Source: Patescibacteria group bacterium AH-259-L07 (GTDB taxonomy: Bacteria; Patescibacteriota; Patescibacteriia; UBA2591; UBA6264). From it: 38,038 bases of DNA. Numbering within the stretch: position 1 is the first letter of the stretch; each line of letters starts with the position of its first letter. Positions 15,772 to 25,640 of the stretch are shown one piece after another. Position numbers and translations under genes: made by a program. Below the pieces are notes generated by a model that had not been told where the DNA came from, did not search any database, and saw nothing but the letters and a program-made list of their open reading frames with translations. The stretch is from assembly GCA_027718005.1 (NCBI GenBank), contig JALLOP010000002.1, positions 1-38,038 of the forward strand, written 5' to 3'.

Positions 15772-17502
15772 ATGGAAGATACTGTAAAAATAAAAACTGA
15801 TCCGTTGGTTCAGAGATTAATAAAAGAGCGGGATGTTGCTCTTGAATTTCAACAAAGAAAACACGATCACTGGAACGAAAACTATACGCTCTATCGTGAT
15901 TTTGTCCCGACCAACAGACTGACTCAGCGTCAGCCGGTCAACTTCCCGATTATGAAGGAGACGGGCAAGACCTGGCTGAGCAAGATTGACGAGCAACCGA
16001 CCATTTTGTTTGAGTCCCTCGATAAGTCTGATAAGGGCAAGCAGAAAGAATTAGTTGTTAACGAGGTGTGGGACGACGACTACAAGAGAATGAAGCTCGA
16101 CATTCTGGATATTCTGGAGAAAAAGATTGTTTATTTACAAGCCCGGACAATTAAAAAGCTTAATTTTATTGACGGTCAAATGGAGACGGATATTTTGGAT
16201 CCGTATGACTTTTTGGTGGATCCGAAAGCACCGCCTCTTTATCTCGAGCTGGCTAGGTATGCGGTTCATACGCACATATTTAGGACATTGCGGGATATTA
16301 TTGCTGATAATAAGTATGATGACAAGGCTAAAAATAAGCTCAAAGAGTATTTAGATAGCGATGACGCGGTAGTCAAAATAGAGAAGGCGGTTGACGCCAA
16401 GAGAGAAAAAGATGACAGGTTAGGGGTTTTGGGCGTTAAAAACTTTGACGATTTCGGGGCCGGAGATGTAATAGTGGAGCTCAACGAGTTTTACACTAAT
16501 CTGTGGGACGAGACGACAAAAAAGTTTATACGTTATCTTATTACTGTCGCAGTTGATAATATAATTCTTTTAAAAAAACCTCTCAAAGAGGTAATCGGCG
16601 TTGAGTTTTATCCTTTCGTTAGCTGGGCTGACGATCTCGATCTTAATGATTTCTGGAGTGATGGCCCGGGAGATCAGGTCAGGACTCCCAACAAAATTTT
16701 AAATATCTGGCTGTCTCAATGGTTAGAGAACAGGACACTGAGAAACTACGGTATGGTTTTCTATGACAGCAATAAAATCAATGCATTAAGCTTTGATCCT
16801 AAGCCGTTCGGACAATACGGGATACCAGTGCCGGATGGTAAGACACTGGATCAGGTTTTAAAAAACGTTGAGATCCCAAACCTGGGCAATACCGTCAACG
16901 ATTTGGAGTATATTGTGAGGATGATAGAGAAGGCCACAGGCGTAACCTCAACTGAAAAGGGGGTGAGCGAGAAAAAGCAGATAACCTTGGGAGAGGTGCA
17001 GATAAACCTCGGCGAGTCAGCCGAGAGGAGGCAGGGGATAAGCAAGATGTATAACCCGGCCTGGATAGAATATGCACAGAAGTGGTATGAGATGAAAAAG
17101 GCAAACACTCCTTCAACGTTAAAAACCAAGCTTCATAAGAAGGGCAGATCGAGCGAGGCAGGGATGTTCGAGCTGGAGGTGAGGCCGAGTGACTGGATTT
17201 CTGAGAAAGGATACAGGATTTTAGCAATGTCATCTTCAGAACAGGAGGCCGACAAGGTTACGGCTTTTCAAAAGATGATGGCCATTGCTCGGGAGTTCCC
17301 TACCAACAAGGTTTTACAAAAAATAGCCAAGAGGAGAATGCTTGAAATCGGCAACCTTACCTCTGACGAGATGAAGGAAGTAATGGATGAGGAGGAAAAG
17401 GGTATTGAGGTGCCGGATATTCCGGCAGGGCCGCCGACTGGTGCGCCAACAGGTGCTCCGATTGCATTGCCTCCGGGACCGCGAGTTCCTTTACCCGCTT
17501 AA
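15772..17502 (+). CDS. portal protein (putative)
   Basis: 576 aa, the first large ORF after the terminase, followed by scaffold and capsid genes. Pro/Gly-rich C-terminal tail. Confidence 0.65.
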   Translation: MEDTVKIKTDPLVQRLIKERDVALEFQQRKHDHWNENYTLYRDFVPTNRLTQRQPVNFPIMKETGKTWLSKIDEQPTILFESLDKSDKGKQKELVVNEVWDDDYKRMKLDILDILEKKIVYLQARTIKKLNFIDGQMETDILDPYDFLVDPKAPPLYLELARYAVHTHIFRTLRDIIADNKYDDKAKNKLKEYLDSDDAVVKIEKAVDAKREKDDRLGVLGVKNFDDFGAGDVIVELNEFYTNLWDETTKKFIRYLITVAVDNIILLKKPLKEVIGVEFYPFVSWADDLDLNDFWSDGPGDQVRTPNKILNIWLSQWLENRTLRNYGMVFYDSNKINALSFDPKPFGQYGIPVPDGKTLDQVLKNVEIPNLGNTVNDLEYIVRMIEKATGVTSTEKGVSEKKQITLGEVQINLGESAERRQGISKMYNPAWIEYAQKWYEMKKANTPSTLKTKLHKKGRSSEAGMFELEVRPSDWISEKGYRILAMSSSEQEADKVTAFQKMMAIAREFPTNKVLQKIAKRRMLEIGNLTSDEMKEVMDEEEKGIEVPDIPAGPPTGAPTGAPIALPPGPRVPLPA

Positions 17503-17512
17503 ATAGAATTTT

Positions 17513-17833
17513 ATGAGCATTATAAATAAGTATTTAGACAAATTAGGGCTTAAAATAGAGGATCTGACAGCAGAGGAAAAGGAAATATACCGTGTTTGGG
17601 GAGACGAGCTGAAAGGCAGATTTGACAAGGATGTTTTTAAAATGTTTTTAGAGCAAAGGAAAGAGGGGCTGTATGATGTTTTAATCTTGCAGGAGCTCTC
17701 TAAAAAAGTGCTTCCGGTAGTTAAGGCTGAGCTACGGCTCATCCGGGCATTGCTCGGCTTTCTGCGAGGCACTGAGGGGGTTAAACTGGCGCGTGAGATG
17801 GAAATACAGGAGAAGATAGATAAAGCCAAGTAA
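17513..17833 (+). CDS. phage hypothetical protein
   Basis: 106-aa ORF in the head module. Confidence 0.65.
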   Translation: MSIINKYLDKLGLKIEDLTAEEKEIYRVWGDELKGRFDKDVFKMFLEQRKEGLYDVLILQELSKKVLPVVKAELRLIRALLGFLRGTEGVKLAREMEIQEKIDKAK

Positions 17834-17835
17834 TT

Positions 17836-18096
17836 ATGCCTTATCTAACTCCAGTTAAAAAAAAGAAGGGCTGGGTATTACCTAAAGTGGGAGGAAATTT
17901 TCACCGATCTAAAAAAGGAAAGATAATACATTTTAAATCAAAAGCCGGTGCCAAGAGAGCCGCGGGATATATAGGAGGAATAGAGCACGGTTTTAAACCA
18001 ATCCGTAAAATGGCTAAAAAAAGAAAGGCAAAAAAGAGAACAACAAAAAGGTCTTCAAAAAGAAGGAGACGAGTTAAAAAAATTGGAGTTTATTAA
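17836..18096 (+). CDS. very basic small protein (possible DNA-binding or internal protein)
   Basis: 86 aa with a C-terminal KKRKAKKRTTKRSSKRRRRVKK. Confidence 0.6.
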   Translation: MPYLTPVKKKKGWVLPKVGGNFHRSKKGKIIHFKSKAGAKRAAGYIGGIEHGFKPIRKMAKKRKAKKRTTKRSSKRRRRVKKIGVY

Positions 18097-18116
18097 TAAG
18101 TTTAATTTTTAATCAT

Positions 18117-18278
18117 ATGGCAAAAGCACAATCAGAGGCATCGAAGCCAAAAATGAGTCCTGCCAGAGAGGAGCTGAATCGTTTAGAAAAGTCTTTGGCG
18201 GAAGCTGAGTCTGAGGAGGAACGAGGGCGACTTTTGGATCGGATCCGTGAGCAGGGTATGCTCGTGGATGGAGAGTAG
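18117..18278 (+). CDS. 53-aa acidic coiled-coil micro-protein (unlisted ORF)
   Basis: MAKAQSEASKPKMSPAREELNRLEKSLAEAESEEERGRLLDRIREQGMLVDGE fills the gap between 18096 and 18288. Confidence 0.45.
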   Translation: MAKAQSEASKPKMSPAREELNRLEKSLAEAESEEERGRLLDRIREQGMLVDGE

Positions 18279-18287
18279 AGATTTTTT

Positions 18288-18761
18288 ATGCCGACAGGTA
18301 TTTACCAACGAAAACCATTTACTCAGGAGCATAGAGAAAATTTAAGAAAAGCTCTTAAGGGTAAATCATTTCCGCATATGTATAAAGGGCATAAATTTTC
18401 TGAGATAACGAAAAAAAAGTTAAGACAATTAAAGTTAGGAAAGAAAAATCCGAACTGGAAAAAGGGAATTACCCCATTGAAGGTTTTATTTAGAAGTAGT
18501 TTTAAGTATCGTCAATGGCGGTTAAATGTTCTTATTAGGGATAATTTTACTTTTCAAGAATGTGAGCAGAAAGAAACAAATCTTATAGCTCATCATATTA
18601 AATCTTTTGATCAGATTATTGAAGAATATGATATTAAAACATTAGATGAATCATTAGAATGTGAAGAGCTTTGGGATATAAATAACGGTATAACATTTTG
18701 TAAAAATTGTCATAAAAAGGTTCATAAAAAGTTAATAATTTGTAATGCTCAATCCCTTTAA
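18288..18761 (+). CDS. HNH homing endonuclease (family C) with NUMOD3-like motifs
   Basis: FTQEHRENLRKALKG and SEITKKKLRQLKLG motifs. C-terminal YRQWRLNVLIRDNF...LIAHHI...NGITFCKNCHKKVH is a classic HNH core. Confidence 0.85.
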   Translation: MPTGIYQRKPFTQEHRENLRKALKGKSFPHMYKGHKFSEITKKKLRQLKLGKKNPNWKKGITPLKVLFRSSFKYRQWRLNVLIRDNFTFQECEQKETNLIAHHIKSFDQIIEEYDIKTLDESLECEELWDINNGITFCKNCHKKVHKKLIICNAQSL

Positions 18762-18786
18762 AAAGGAAAGAGCAAAGAGGTGTTAT

Positions 18787-19536
18787 ATGAACACGCCAAC
18801 TAAAGACAGAAAGGACTCGGGAGAAGGGAAACCAACTTCCCCCAATCCGCCTGCGGAAGGCAACCAGGAAGGACAACCTGGGCCTCAAAAACCATCTGCA
18901 CCTGAAGGAGGGTCTTCATCAGATGTAGATTATTGGAAGGGAGTTGCAACCCAAACCCAGGAAAAATTGGGTAAGGCTAACGTAACTGTTAAAACGTTGA
19001 AGGCTCAGATCGAGGAGCAATCCAAAATCGAAATCCGACCTGATAACATTGAGCAGGAGTTACGCCGTGAGAGATCTGATTGGGAAGATCTTGACGAGGC
19101 AGAAAGAAAAAGGTTGATAAGCGAAAAATTAGAGAAAGCACGGACGAACGTCAGGATCGCTCAGCAGGACAAGGAAATTCAGGATCTGAAATGGGAAAAT
19201 AGCTTTGATAGAGTTATTTCTAATCCCGATTACTCTCAGTTAAAAGAGAGAGAGGCTGAATTTCGGGAGTTTGCTGAGCAACCCGATAACAAGGGTCTTA
19301 ATCTGGACACTCTGGCTAAATCGTTTCTCTTTGAGGACGCCAAGAGAATTGGTGCCGAAGAGGAAGTTGAGAAAGCCAAAAGGAGTGCACTGGAAAGACC
19401 GTCTGGCGGTGAAAAGACTGCCATAAAGCCCAGCGAGATGAGCTTAAAGGAACTTAAACGAATGCGTAAGGATGATCCCCGAAGGTATGAGAGACTTATT
19501 GAGCAGGGGAAAATTACCAAGGTTCCGGAAAAGTAA
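18787..19536 (+). CDS. scaffolding protein (putative)
   Basis: ATG at 18787. About 250 aa, charged and coiled-coil-rich, lying between the portal and major capsid genes. Confidence 0.55.
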   Translation: MNTPTKDRKDSGEGKPTSPNPPAEGNQEGQPGPQKPSAPEGGSSSDVDYWKGVATQTQEKLGKANVTVKTLKAQIEEQSKIEIRPDNIEQELRRERSDWEDLDEAERKRLISEKLEKARTNVRIAQQDKEIQDLKWENSFDRVISNPDYSQLKEREAEFREFAEQPDNKGLNLDTLAKSFLFEDAKRIGAEEEVEKAKRSALERPSGGEKTAIKPSEMSLKELKRMRKDDPRRYERLIEQGKITKVPEK

Positions 19537-19575
19537 ATCATCTTAGGGGCAATGGTCGCGGGGAGGATAAAAAAA

Positions 19576-19605
19576 AGAAATCTTTTATAAGAAATCTTTT
19601 ATAAG
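19576..19605. repeat. 14-bp tandem repeat x2
   Basis: AGAAATCTTTTATA occurs at 19576..19589 and 19590..19603. Nearby, the 11-mer TAATCTATTGA occurs at 19616..19626 and 19641..19651. Confidence 0.7.
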
Positions 19606-19639
19606 GGTTCTTTGATAATCTATTGACAGCTAACTTCTG

Positions 19640-20110
19640 CTAATCTATTGAATCATATCTTATATGACACGCTTTACATAATCTAATCCAATCCTTTAGG
19701 TCCCTTAAATACTCATGGCTTTTGTTTGCCCAGTGAATTTTCCTGCCTGTTAATCCATCTGTTTTACAATGTTCACATTTGGTAGGTCTTCCTAATTTAT
19801 TATTTATCCAATGATGTAAAGCAGAATAACCAACATTATCACCTTTCCATAAAGGATGATTTTCATCTGTTTTAGATATACTTAACTTTATTTTATGATT
19901 TTCTGAAAATTCCATTCCTATATGAGATTCACTCATTTTATTTCTGGATTTTTCAGAATGTTTATATCCTAAATGACCTTTATCTCCTTTCTTAAATAAT
20001 GTTGATTTATCGCTACATTCTTTTGAGCAGAATTTACCTTTTCCAATTCTAATTCTACACGGATAAGTTTGAAAATCTTTATTACATTGTAAACATTTTA
20101 GAGTAATCAT
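19640..20110 (-). CDS. HNH homing endonuclease (family B) with a zinc finger and a NUMOD3-like motif
   Basis: CLQCN...KGKFCSKEC; SEKSRNKMSESHIG; C-terminal LWKGDNVGYSALHHW...CEHC...IHWANKSHEYLRDLKDWIRLCKACHIRYD. Opposite strand to its neighbours. Confidence 0.85.
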   Translation of the reverse strand: MITLKCLQCNKDFQTYPCRIRIGKGKFCSKECSDKSTLFKKGDKGHLGYKHSEKSRNKMSESHIGMEFSENHKIKLSISKTDENHPLWKGDNVGYSALHHWINNKLGRPTKCEHCKTDGLTGRKIHWANKSHEYLRDLKDWIRLCKACHIRYDSID

Positions 20111-20178
20111 AGCTTTATTATAGGTTATTAGAAATTAGTTGTCAATTAAAGATTATTTAAGAATTTGAGGATAAAAGT

Positions 20179-21252
20179 ATGGCCCTTAGTAATTTTGGCG
20201 AACAGTTTGCGGTAAATGTTCTTAGGAAATTTTACCGTGTAGCTGTTGCCCCTATGATTACAAATGCTGATTACGAAGGAGATATCAAAAAAGGTGGAGA
20301 CAGATTAAATATCTTGTCTTTCCTTGGTGATGTTACGTGGAACGATTATACTGTTGGAACTGATATGACTGTCCAGGCATTGGCTGACACTGAGGATCAG
20401 CTCGTCATTGATCAGAAGAAGTATTACAACTTCGACATTGATGATGTTGATAAGCAGTTCACCTATGTTGATGATCAGGACAGCACCCTTATCGAAAACG
20501 CCGCTGATCAGTTGGGTAAAAAGATTGATACGTTAGTTTTAGCGCTTCACACCCAGGTTAAGGCCGGTCATCGTATCGGGACGGATTATACCACAGGAAC
20601 GATTGCCGTTGATTCTGCTGGAGTTGTTACCGGAACAAGCACGGTCTTTACATCTGCTATGGTAGGATTAGGTTTTTCTCCTGATGCAGGTGTTACGTGG
20701 TATAGGATATCCGTTTTCACCAGCACGACCAGTATTACTGTCACTGATTGGGATGACACTGCGTATAGCGGCGGAGTTGTGAGTGGTGGAACTTCCTATA
20801 TCATTGAGGCGAATACTGTGTTTACCGTCACCAAAACCACTATCTATCAGTATATTGTTCAGTTGGGAGAATTATTGACTGAGGATGATATACCTGAGCA
20901 TAGCCGGTGGCTTGTTCTTCCCCCAAAGATTGCGACACTTGTCCGTCAATCTCCTGATCTAACCCCTGCGGTTGATCGCGCCTATGACGAAGTGGTTCTG
21001 AATGGACATTTAGGAATGATTGCCGGATTTAGCGTTTATGAGAGCAATCAGGTTGCGGGAGATAATAGCGCTGGTTTTCGCTGTTTAGCAGGACATATCG
21101 GGTTTATCACCTTTGCGAAGGCGTTTACTGAGAGCCGCGTGAAAGAAGCAGAAAAGCAATTTGCCTTATTGTATCAGGGTTTGTGTCTCTATGGCGCGAA
21201 AGTTGCCATTGAGAGAAGGAAGGCTGGAGCATATTTGTTCGCTAATCGATAG
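20179..21252 (+). CDS. major capsid protein
   Basis: 357 aa. The N-terminal block NADYEGDIKKGGDRLNILSF..V.WNDY matches a pattern I associate with P22-coat-like capsid proteins. GAGGA Shine-Dalgarno sequence. Position after the scaffold gene. Confidence 0.75.
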   Translation: MALSNFGEQFAVNVLRKFYRVAVAPMITNADYEGDIKKGGDRLNILSFLGDVTWNDYTVGTDMTVQALADTEDQLVIDQKKYYNFDIDDVDKQFTYVDDQDSTLIENAADQLGKKIDTLVLALHTQVKAGHRIGTDYTTGTIAVDSAGVVTGTSTVFTSAMVGLGFSPDAGVTWYRISVFTSTTSITVTDWDDTAYSGGVVSGGTSYIIEANTVFTVTKTTIYQYIVQLGELLTEDDIPEHSRWLVLPPKIATLVRQSPDLTPAVDRAYDEVVLNGHLGMIAGFSVYESNQVAGDNSAGFRCLAGHIGFITFAKAFTESRVKEAEKQFALLYQGLCLYGAKVAIERRKAGAYLFANR

Positions 21253-21330
21253 AATTACTTGATTTTAATTGCCCTAAGTCGATAAAGGGCTTGGGGCAGT
21301 GATTAACTAAGTAATTTAACCACTAATTAT

Positions 21331-21639
21331 ATGGCGTATAATAATTTACCCAACTTTGATACGAACCAAAAAACGGTCACGACTTCTGGCACACCGGTGC
21401 AGTTACCGGCAATGAGTGTTCCTCAGGGGCTTATGTTGACGATACGGGCTAAGCTGGCTAATACCGGTGATATCTTTGTCGGCCCGTCATCGGCTAAAGC
21501 CCTTAAAACCAGCAATCAAAACCTCGTATTATCGGCAGGGGAATCAATTCAGCTCAAAATAAGTGACGCTAATCTTGCCTGGATAGACGCGGCTGTTAAC
21601 GGAGAAGGTATTGAGCTTGTTGTAGAACAAGACAAATAA
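21331..21639 (+). CDS. small beta-rich virion protein (putative)
   Basis: 102-aa ORF directly downstream of the capsid gene. Confidence 0.6.
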   Translation: MAYNNLPNFDTNQKTVTTSGTPVQLPAMSVPQGLMLTIRAKLANTGDIFVGPSSAKALKTSNQNLVLSAGESIQLKISDANLAWIDAAVNGEGIELVVEQDK

Positions 21640-21675
21640 GCTAATTTAGTTTAGCTTTTTTAATTTGATTAATTT

Positions 21676-22767
21676 ATGTATATGAACAAAAAAATCATTA
21701 CAACAGCTATTATTTTAGCTGTTCTCATTTCTTCGACGGCAGTGGTCTCTGCCGCCAAATTAGGAGGTCGGATAACTCCCGCAAGTCTGTGGAGGAAAAG
21801 CGGGTCGGCAATTCTTCCGACGGTCTCTACCTGGGAGCTTGGAAAGAGCACCAGCCGTCTTGCCAAAGGGTGGTTTACTGATGTGGACTCTACCTCAATG
21901 ACTATCGGGGGCGCGTCAGAGGGGCCCCTGACGATTGATGTAACGAATGCAGAGGCGTTATTGGTGCGCAAAGACGGCGATACGGGTGATGTGTTTACGG
22001 TTGATACCTCGGGATCAAAGGTAGGAATTGGAGGAAAACCAACAGACGGGGCTCTTCATATACTTACCGCTTCAGCAGGAGCGGTAACTGCCAATGTAAA
22101 TGACGATGATTTAGTTATTGAAAATAGCACTCACGCAGGATTATCTATTCTGACTCCCAATAATGTTTTTGGAACAATCGCTTTTGGCGATCCAGAAGAC
22201 AATGATATTGGTCGCATAGATTATGACCATACAAACGATAAAATGCGATTGATTGTTAATGCTTTAGCTCCTTTAATTATTGATAATTCTGGTAATGTCG
22301 GTATCGGGGTAAGTCCACTAAAAGAATTACATATTTATGATGCTACTGCGGCCAAGGCTCTCATTGAATCCGACCTTGATACTACCGGTAGCACAGCTGA
22401 GTTACTTTTTAAGGTTAATTCACTTGATACTGATTTTAGAATAAAAGCGGGCATTATTTTTGACAGACAGGCTTCCTTCGGGCGTGGAGATCTGCACTTT
22501 GCCGTTGATACTGTTGCTGATGAGGGGAATATTGCGGTATCCGATGCCAAGTTAACAATAAATAGTTCTGGCAACGCAACTTTTACTGGAAATGTAACTT
22601 CATCAGATACGGCCGATCTTGGATGGACAGTGCAGTCTGCGGCTAATCAAGCCTGCACGACAACTTGCACCTCTGCCGCTGTATTCGGATTTGATACCGG
22701 CGCTTCAAATATTGTAGGGCCGAGCGATGCAACAGCTGACGCTTGTGTTTGCGCGGGTTCATCATAA
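21676..22767 (+). CDS. fibre-like or receptor-binding-like protein with a hydrophobic N-terminus and a Cys-rich C-terminus
   Basis: Repeated SG.KVGIGG / SGNVGIGVSP motifs typical of fibre proteins. C-terminal ACTTTCTS...ACVCAGSS. Confidence 0.6.
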   Translation: MYMNKKIITTAIILAVLISSTAVVSAAKLGGRITPASLWRKSGSAILPTVSTWELGKSTSRLAKGWFTDVDSTSMTIGGASEGPLTIDVTNAEALLVRKDGDTGDVFTVDTSGSKVGIGGKPTDGALHILTASAGAVTANVNDDDLVIENSTHAGLSILTPNNVFGTIAFGDPEDNDIGRIDYDHTNDKMRLIVNALAPLIIDNSGNVGIGVSPLKELHIYDATAAKALIESDLDTTGSTAELLFKVNSLDTDFRIKAGIIFDRQASFGRGDLHFAVDTVADEGNIAVSDAKLTINSSGNATFTGNVTSSDTADLGWTVQSAANQACTTTCTSAAVFGFDTGASNIVGPSDATADACVCAGSS

Positions 22768-22787
22768 TAATTAAATAAATATTATTT

Positions 22788-22994
22788 ATGGAAAATTCAA
22801 AAAAGTATTCATTAAATTCTATTGATTGGAAAAAGATTGGAACTGGATTACTGATTGCCCTGGGCGGTGCTTTCGCCACTTATTTAGAGGAGCTTATTCC
22901 GAGCATTGATTTTCAGTCCTTTACTCCTTTGGTAGTCGCAATAAATAGTATTATTATAAATACTATTAGAAAATTTTTAACTGGACTAAAATAA
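22788..22994 (+). CDS. small two-helix membrane protein
   Basis: 68 aa with two hydrophobic segments (IGTGLLIALGGAFATYL and FTPLVVAINSIIINTI). Confidence 0.55.
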   Translation: MENSKKYSLNSIDWKKIGTGLLIALGGAFATYLEELIPSIDFQSFTPLVVAINSIIINTIRKFLTGLK

Positions 22995-23000
22995 ATCAAG

Positions 23001-23336
23001 ATGGATAAAAAAAGCATAGCCGCCGCCTTGTTGTTAGGCGCAGTTACTATTGGCGCTATAAATCTTAATATAAATATTGATTCTAAAAAGTTTTGGGAGA
23101 AAGCGATAAGAGGAGAGCTTTATACTACCTCTTTTAATCAGGAACAGTATAAGATTCTGAAGACAGACCTCATTGATCAAGTAAATCAAAAAAAGACTAT
23201 GACTTATCAGAGTTATAGTCTTTATTTACAAATGTTAAATAGAGAGATTAAGAAAAGCAGGGGATGGACAATCGGAAATGTGGATAATAAAAATTTGATT
23301 CCTAAGCTTAACTCTGAACTTGAGAAATCTCTGTAA
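23001..23336 (+). CDS. small protein with an N-terminal signal sequence or membrane anchor
   Basis: 111 aa with N-terminal SIAAALLLGAVTIGAI. Confidence 0.6.
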   Translation: MDKKSIAAALLLGAVTIGAINLNINIDSKKFWEKAIRGELYTTSFNQEQYKILKTDLIDQVNQKKTMTYQSYSLYLQMLNREIKKSRGWTIGNVDNKNLIPKLNSELEKSL

Positions 23337-23769
23337 GATTACTGACTAATTGGGGACTATTCTTTAAATTTTCATAATTCATATGTTCTGCTTGTGTATC
23401 AAATAAATATAAATTTTCAGGTAAGTTATTTTTCCTATCGCTATCAATATGATGTATTACTTCTTTAGATTCAAGAAATCTACCCAGCATACATTCAGTA
23501 GAATAACGATGTTCGTAAATATAATTATTTATAGCAGAGGGATGTTCAGGCATATTGAGTAAAATATATCCATTGCCAGTTTTTTTTCTTCCGCCTTTCC
23601 AGCTTGGATTATCTTCTCCAAATTTACGAACTCCATACATAGAATTTTTTTCTCCTTTTAATGATTCGCTTATCTTTCTTTTAGTTTCTTCAGAATGTTT
23701 AAAACCAGTTTTCGATTCACTCATCTTCTTTTTGGACTCTTCTGAATGTTTAAAACCTTTTTTGGGCAT
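23308..23769 (-). CDS. HNH homing endonuclease (family A) with NUMOD3-like motifs
   Basis: GFKHSEESKKKMSESKTGFKHSEETKRKISESLKG; C-terminal EHRYSTECMLGRFLESKEVIHHID..NNLPENLYLF. Opposite strand to its neighbours. Confidence 0.85.
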   Translation of the reverse strand: MPKKGFKHSEESKKKMSESKTGFKHSEETKRKISESLKGEKNSMYGVRKFGEDNPSWKGGRKKTGNGYILLNMPEHPSAINNYIYEHRYSTECMLGRFLESKEVIHHIDSDRKNNLPENLYLFDTQAEHMNYENLKNSPQLVSNLTEISQVQS

Positions 23770-23818
23770 ACAATTTAGTTTAAAAATTATATTCTAATTA
23801 TATCATATTTTAATACGA

Positions 23819-25525
23819 ATGGCAAGATTAGAACCAATTATAATTTCACAATTCAAAAATATTTCTCCCCGGGGATTCTTCTGGGTAGAAAGTTTTGCGG
23901 CGATAAACCAAGGCAATAAAAGCTTGATGGCCTTCAAAGGCGGATTTAGCAAACTTTCCCAGAAGGGGGATACTGGATTAACAAATCTTGATTTGGTCGA
24001 GGGGTTTACTTTACGCAGATTAAGCTCCACTGATTATCTCTACGCGATCGACGCAAACGGATTTATTTACCGGACAAACGCGATACAGACGTCATCGTGG
24101 GCTGAGCTGAGAAATCCTGTGCCGGTTTCCAGCCAGCATCCGGGCATAATGCCCTTTACCATTTCAGGTGTAGAGAATCTTATGTATACCACGGCACAAT
24201 TCTTGTGCAAGACGGCTGACGATGTGACATTTGTAGAGAACATTGATTTAGGAGCAAGTCAAGCGACGTGGTATAGAGGAATGTTTGAGCTGGGCGGGAC
24301 TCTTTATATCGGCAATGGCAACGATCTGGCTTCTTTTAGCAGGACAGGCGTGCTTGATACGGCAGTAAAGACATTTCCTGAAGATTATTACTTTCGGACC
24401 GGAGAGAGTAACGGAGATTATGCTCTTATCTCAGTTTTTAAAAACGGCAGAAGTTTGCTCTTGATGTGGGACGGAGTTCATAACTACACTAAAATTCATA
24501 AACGTGAGAATATCGTTCAGGCCATTGTGCCATATAAGAACGGGTGGATATTCTGGGAGGACGTAAAGGCCTATTTCACTGACGGTTATCGCATTTCAGA
24601 AGTATCCGGGGCGACATTACCGGGACTGGAAGATAAAATGCAGGATTTGAGCATTCACCCGGAGGCATTAAAGATAGTCGGGGACAATCTACTGGTTGGA
24701 GGCGGTTTTGCAGGTTATTTACAGGCAAAAAAGGGAGTATGGGCCTTTAATCTGAAAAGTCTCGATTGGAGGTTCTTTGCAGTCAGATCGTCAACAAATG
24801 ACTTTCAGTATCGCAATGTTACGATCGGCGCCTTATATTTCAATACGCTTTATTTTAATAATGTATTGGTCGGTTATATAACGGACTCTTTGATTTCTAA
24901 TCCCAATTTTATCGGACTAGTGTCATTAAATTCTCGGGCCGCCCCTCAGGGCATTTTGATCTTCCCTTTTGTGATACCTTCTAAAAGAATGAAGCTAAAA
25001 GAGCTGATTATTAATTGGATGCCTGACGTGGATGAGTTTGAGGCGAGTGGCAGTCCACAGCTTAATTTCACTTTACGGATCTCCGAGAATAAAGAAATAA
25101 TGCATCAGTATGGGGAGACAACTGTCGCGTCATCGGACAATCTAACGCTTGTTGTTGACGGGACCGTTGCGACCTTTAATCACGGGAAAGTAGGGGACGA
25201 GATAGTTATTTTATCAGGAATCAATGGAGGGCTAAGAAGGCATATTAAGTCAATCGCCAATCCGGGAGCGACAAATGAAACCTATACACTGGATTCAGCA
25301 ATGAATGGCAATACAGAAATCGGGATTCGCTTCAACATAATGCCATTTAAACTGATTCAAACAAAAAAGACATTGACTGATTACAAAGAAAACAAGGTAA
25401 AATTTAACTTAAATAATCTACGAGTCAGTAATAATCTGCTTGTTGAACTTGAAATTAGCCACACGCGATATCCTATAAGTATAACTTCAATCGTGATTGT
25501 TCCTTCTGAAGTTTTAACGGATTAG
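23819..25525 (+). CDS. large virion structural protein (putative tail component)
   Basis: 568-aa beta-rich ORF in the structural module. No family recognised. Confidence 0.65.
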   Translation: MARLEPIIISQFKNISPRGFFWVESFAAINQGNKSLMAFKGGFSKLSQKGDTGLTNLDLVEGFTLRRLSSTDYLYAIDANGFIYRTNAIQTSSWAELRNPVPVSSQHPGIMPFTISGVENLMYTTAQFLCKTADDVTFVENIDLGASQATWYRGMFELGGTLYIGNGNDLASFSRTGVLDTAVKTFPEDYYFRTGESNGDYALISVFKNGRSLLLMWDGVHNYTKIHKRENIVQAIVPYKNGWIFWEDVKAYFTDGYRISEVSGATLPGLEDKMQDLSIHPEALKIVGDNLLVGGGFAGYLQAKKGVWAFNLKSLDWRFFAVRSSTNDFQYRNVTIGALYFNTLYFNNVLVGYITDSLISNPNFIGLVSLNSRAAPQGILIFPFVIPSKRMKLKELIINWMPDVDEFEASGSPQLNFTLRISENKEIMHQYGETTVASSDNLTLVVDGTVATFNHGKVGDEIVILSGINGGLRRHIKSIANPGATNETYTLDSAMNGNTEIGIRFNIMPFKLIQTKKTLTDYKENKVKFNLNNLRVSNNLLVELEISHTRYPISITSIVIVPSEVLTD

Positions 25526-25529
25526 AATT

Positions 25530-25640
25530 ATGAGTTTTTTAGGTAAAAGTCATATTGAAAATATACAACCACTTTGCAAGAGCTGTAATTCTATAAAACA
25601 CGATAAAATAATTAATTATGACGAGATTTACAAAAGTTAA
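25530..25640 (+). pseudogene. remnant of an HNH endonuclease C-terminus
   Basis: The 36-aa ORF MSFLGKSHIENIQPLCKSCNSIKHDK... carries only the distal half of an HNH motif (H..N.QPLC..CN..K). Confidence 0.45.

Noticed and set aside
21676-22767. Diversity-generating retroelement targeting the Cys-rich C-terminus of the fibre-like protein
   Set aside because: There is no reverse transcriptase gene, and no template repeat matching the 3' end of the gene was seen anywhere in the window.
23279-23287. A fourth exact TGTGGATAA inside the 23001..23336 coding region
   Set aside because: It is an isolated copy within a CDS, without the extended 14-mer context shared by the other sites. It could be chance, so it is mentioned only as supporting enrichment.
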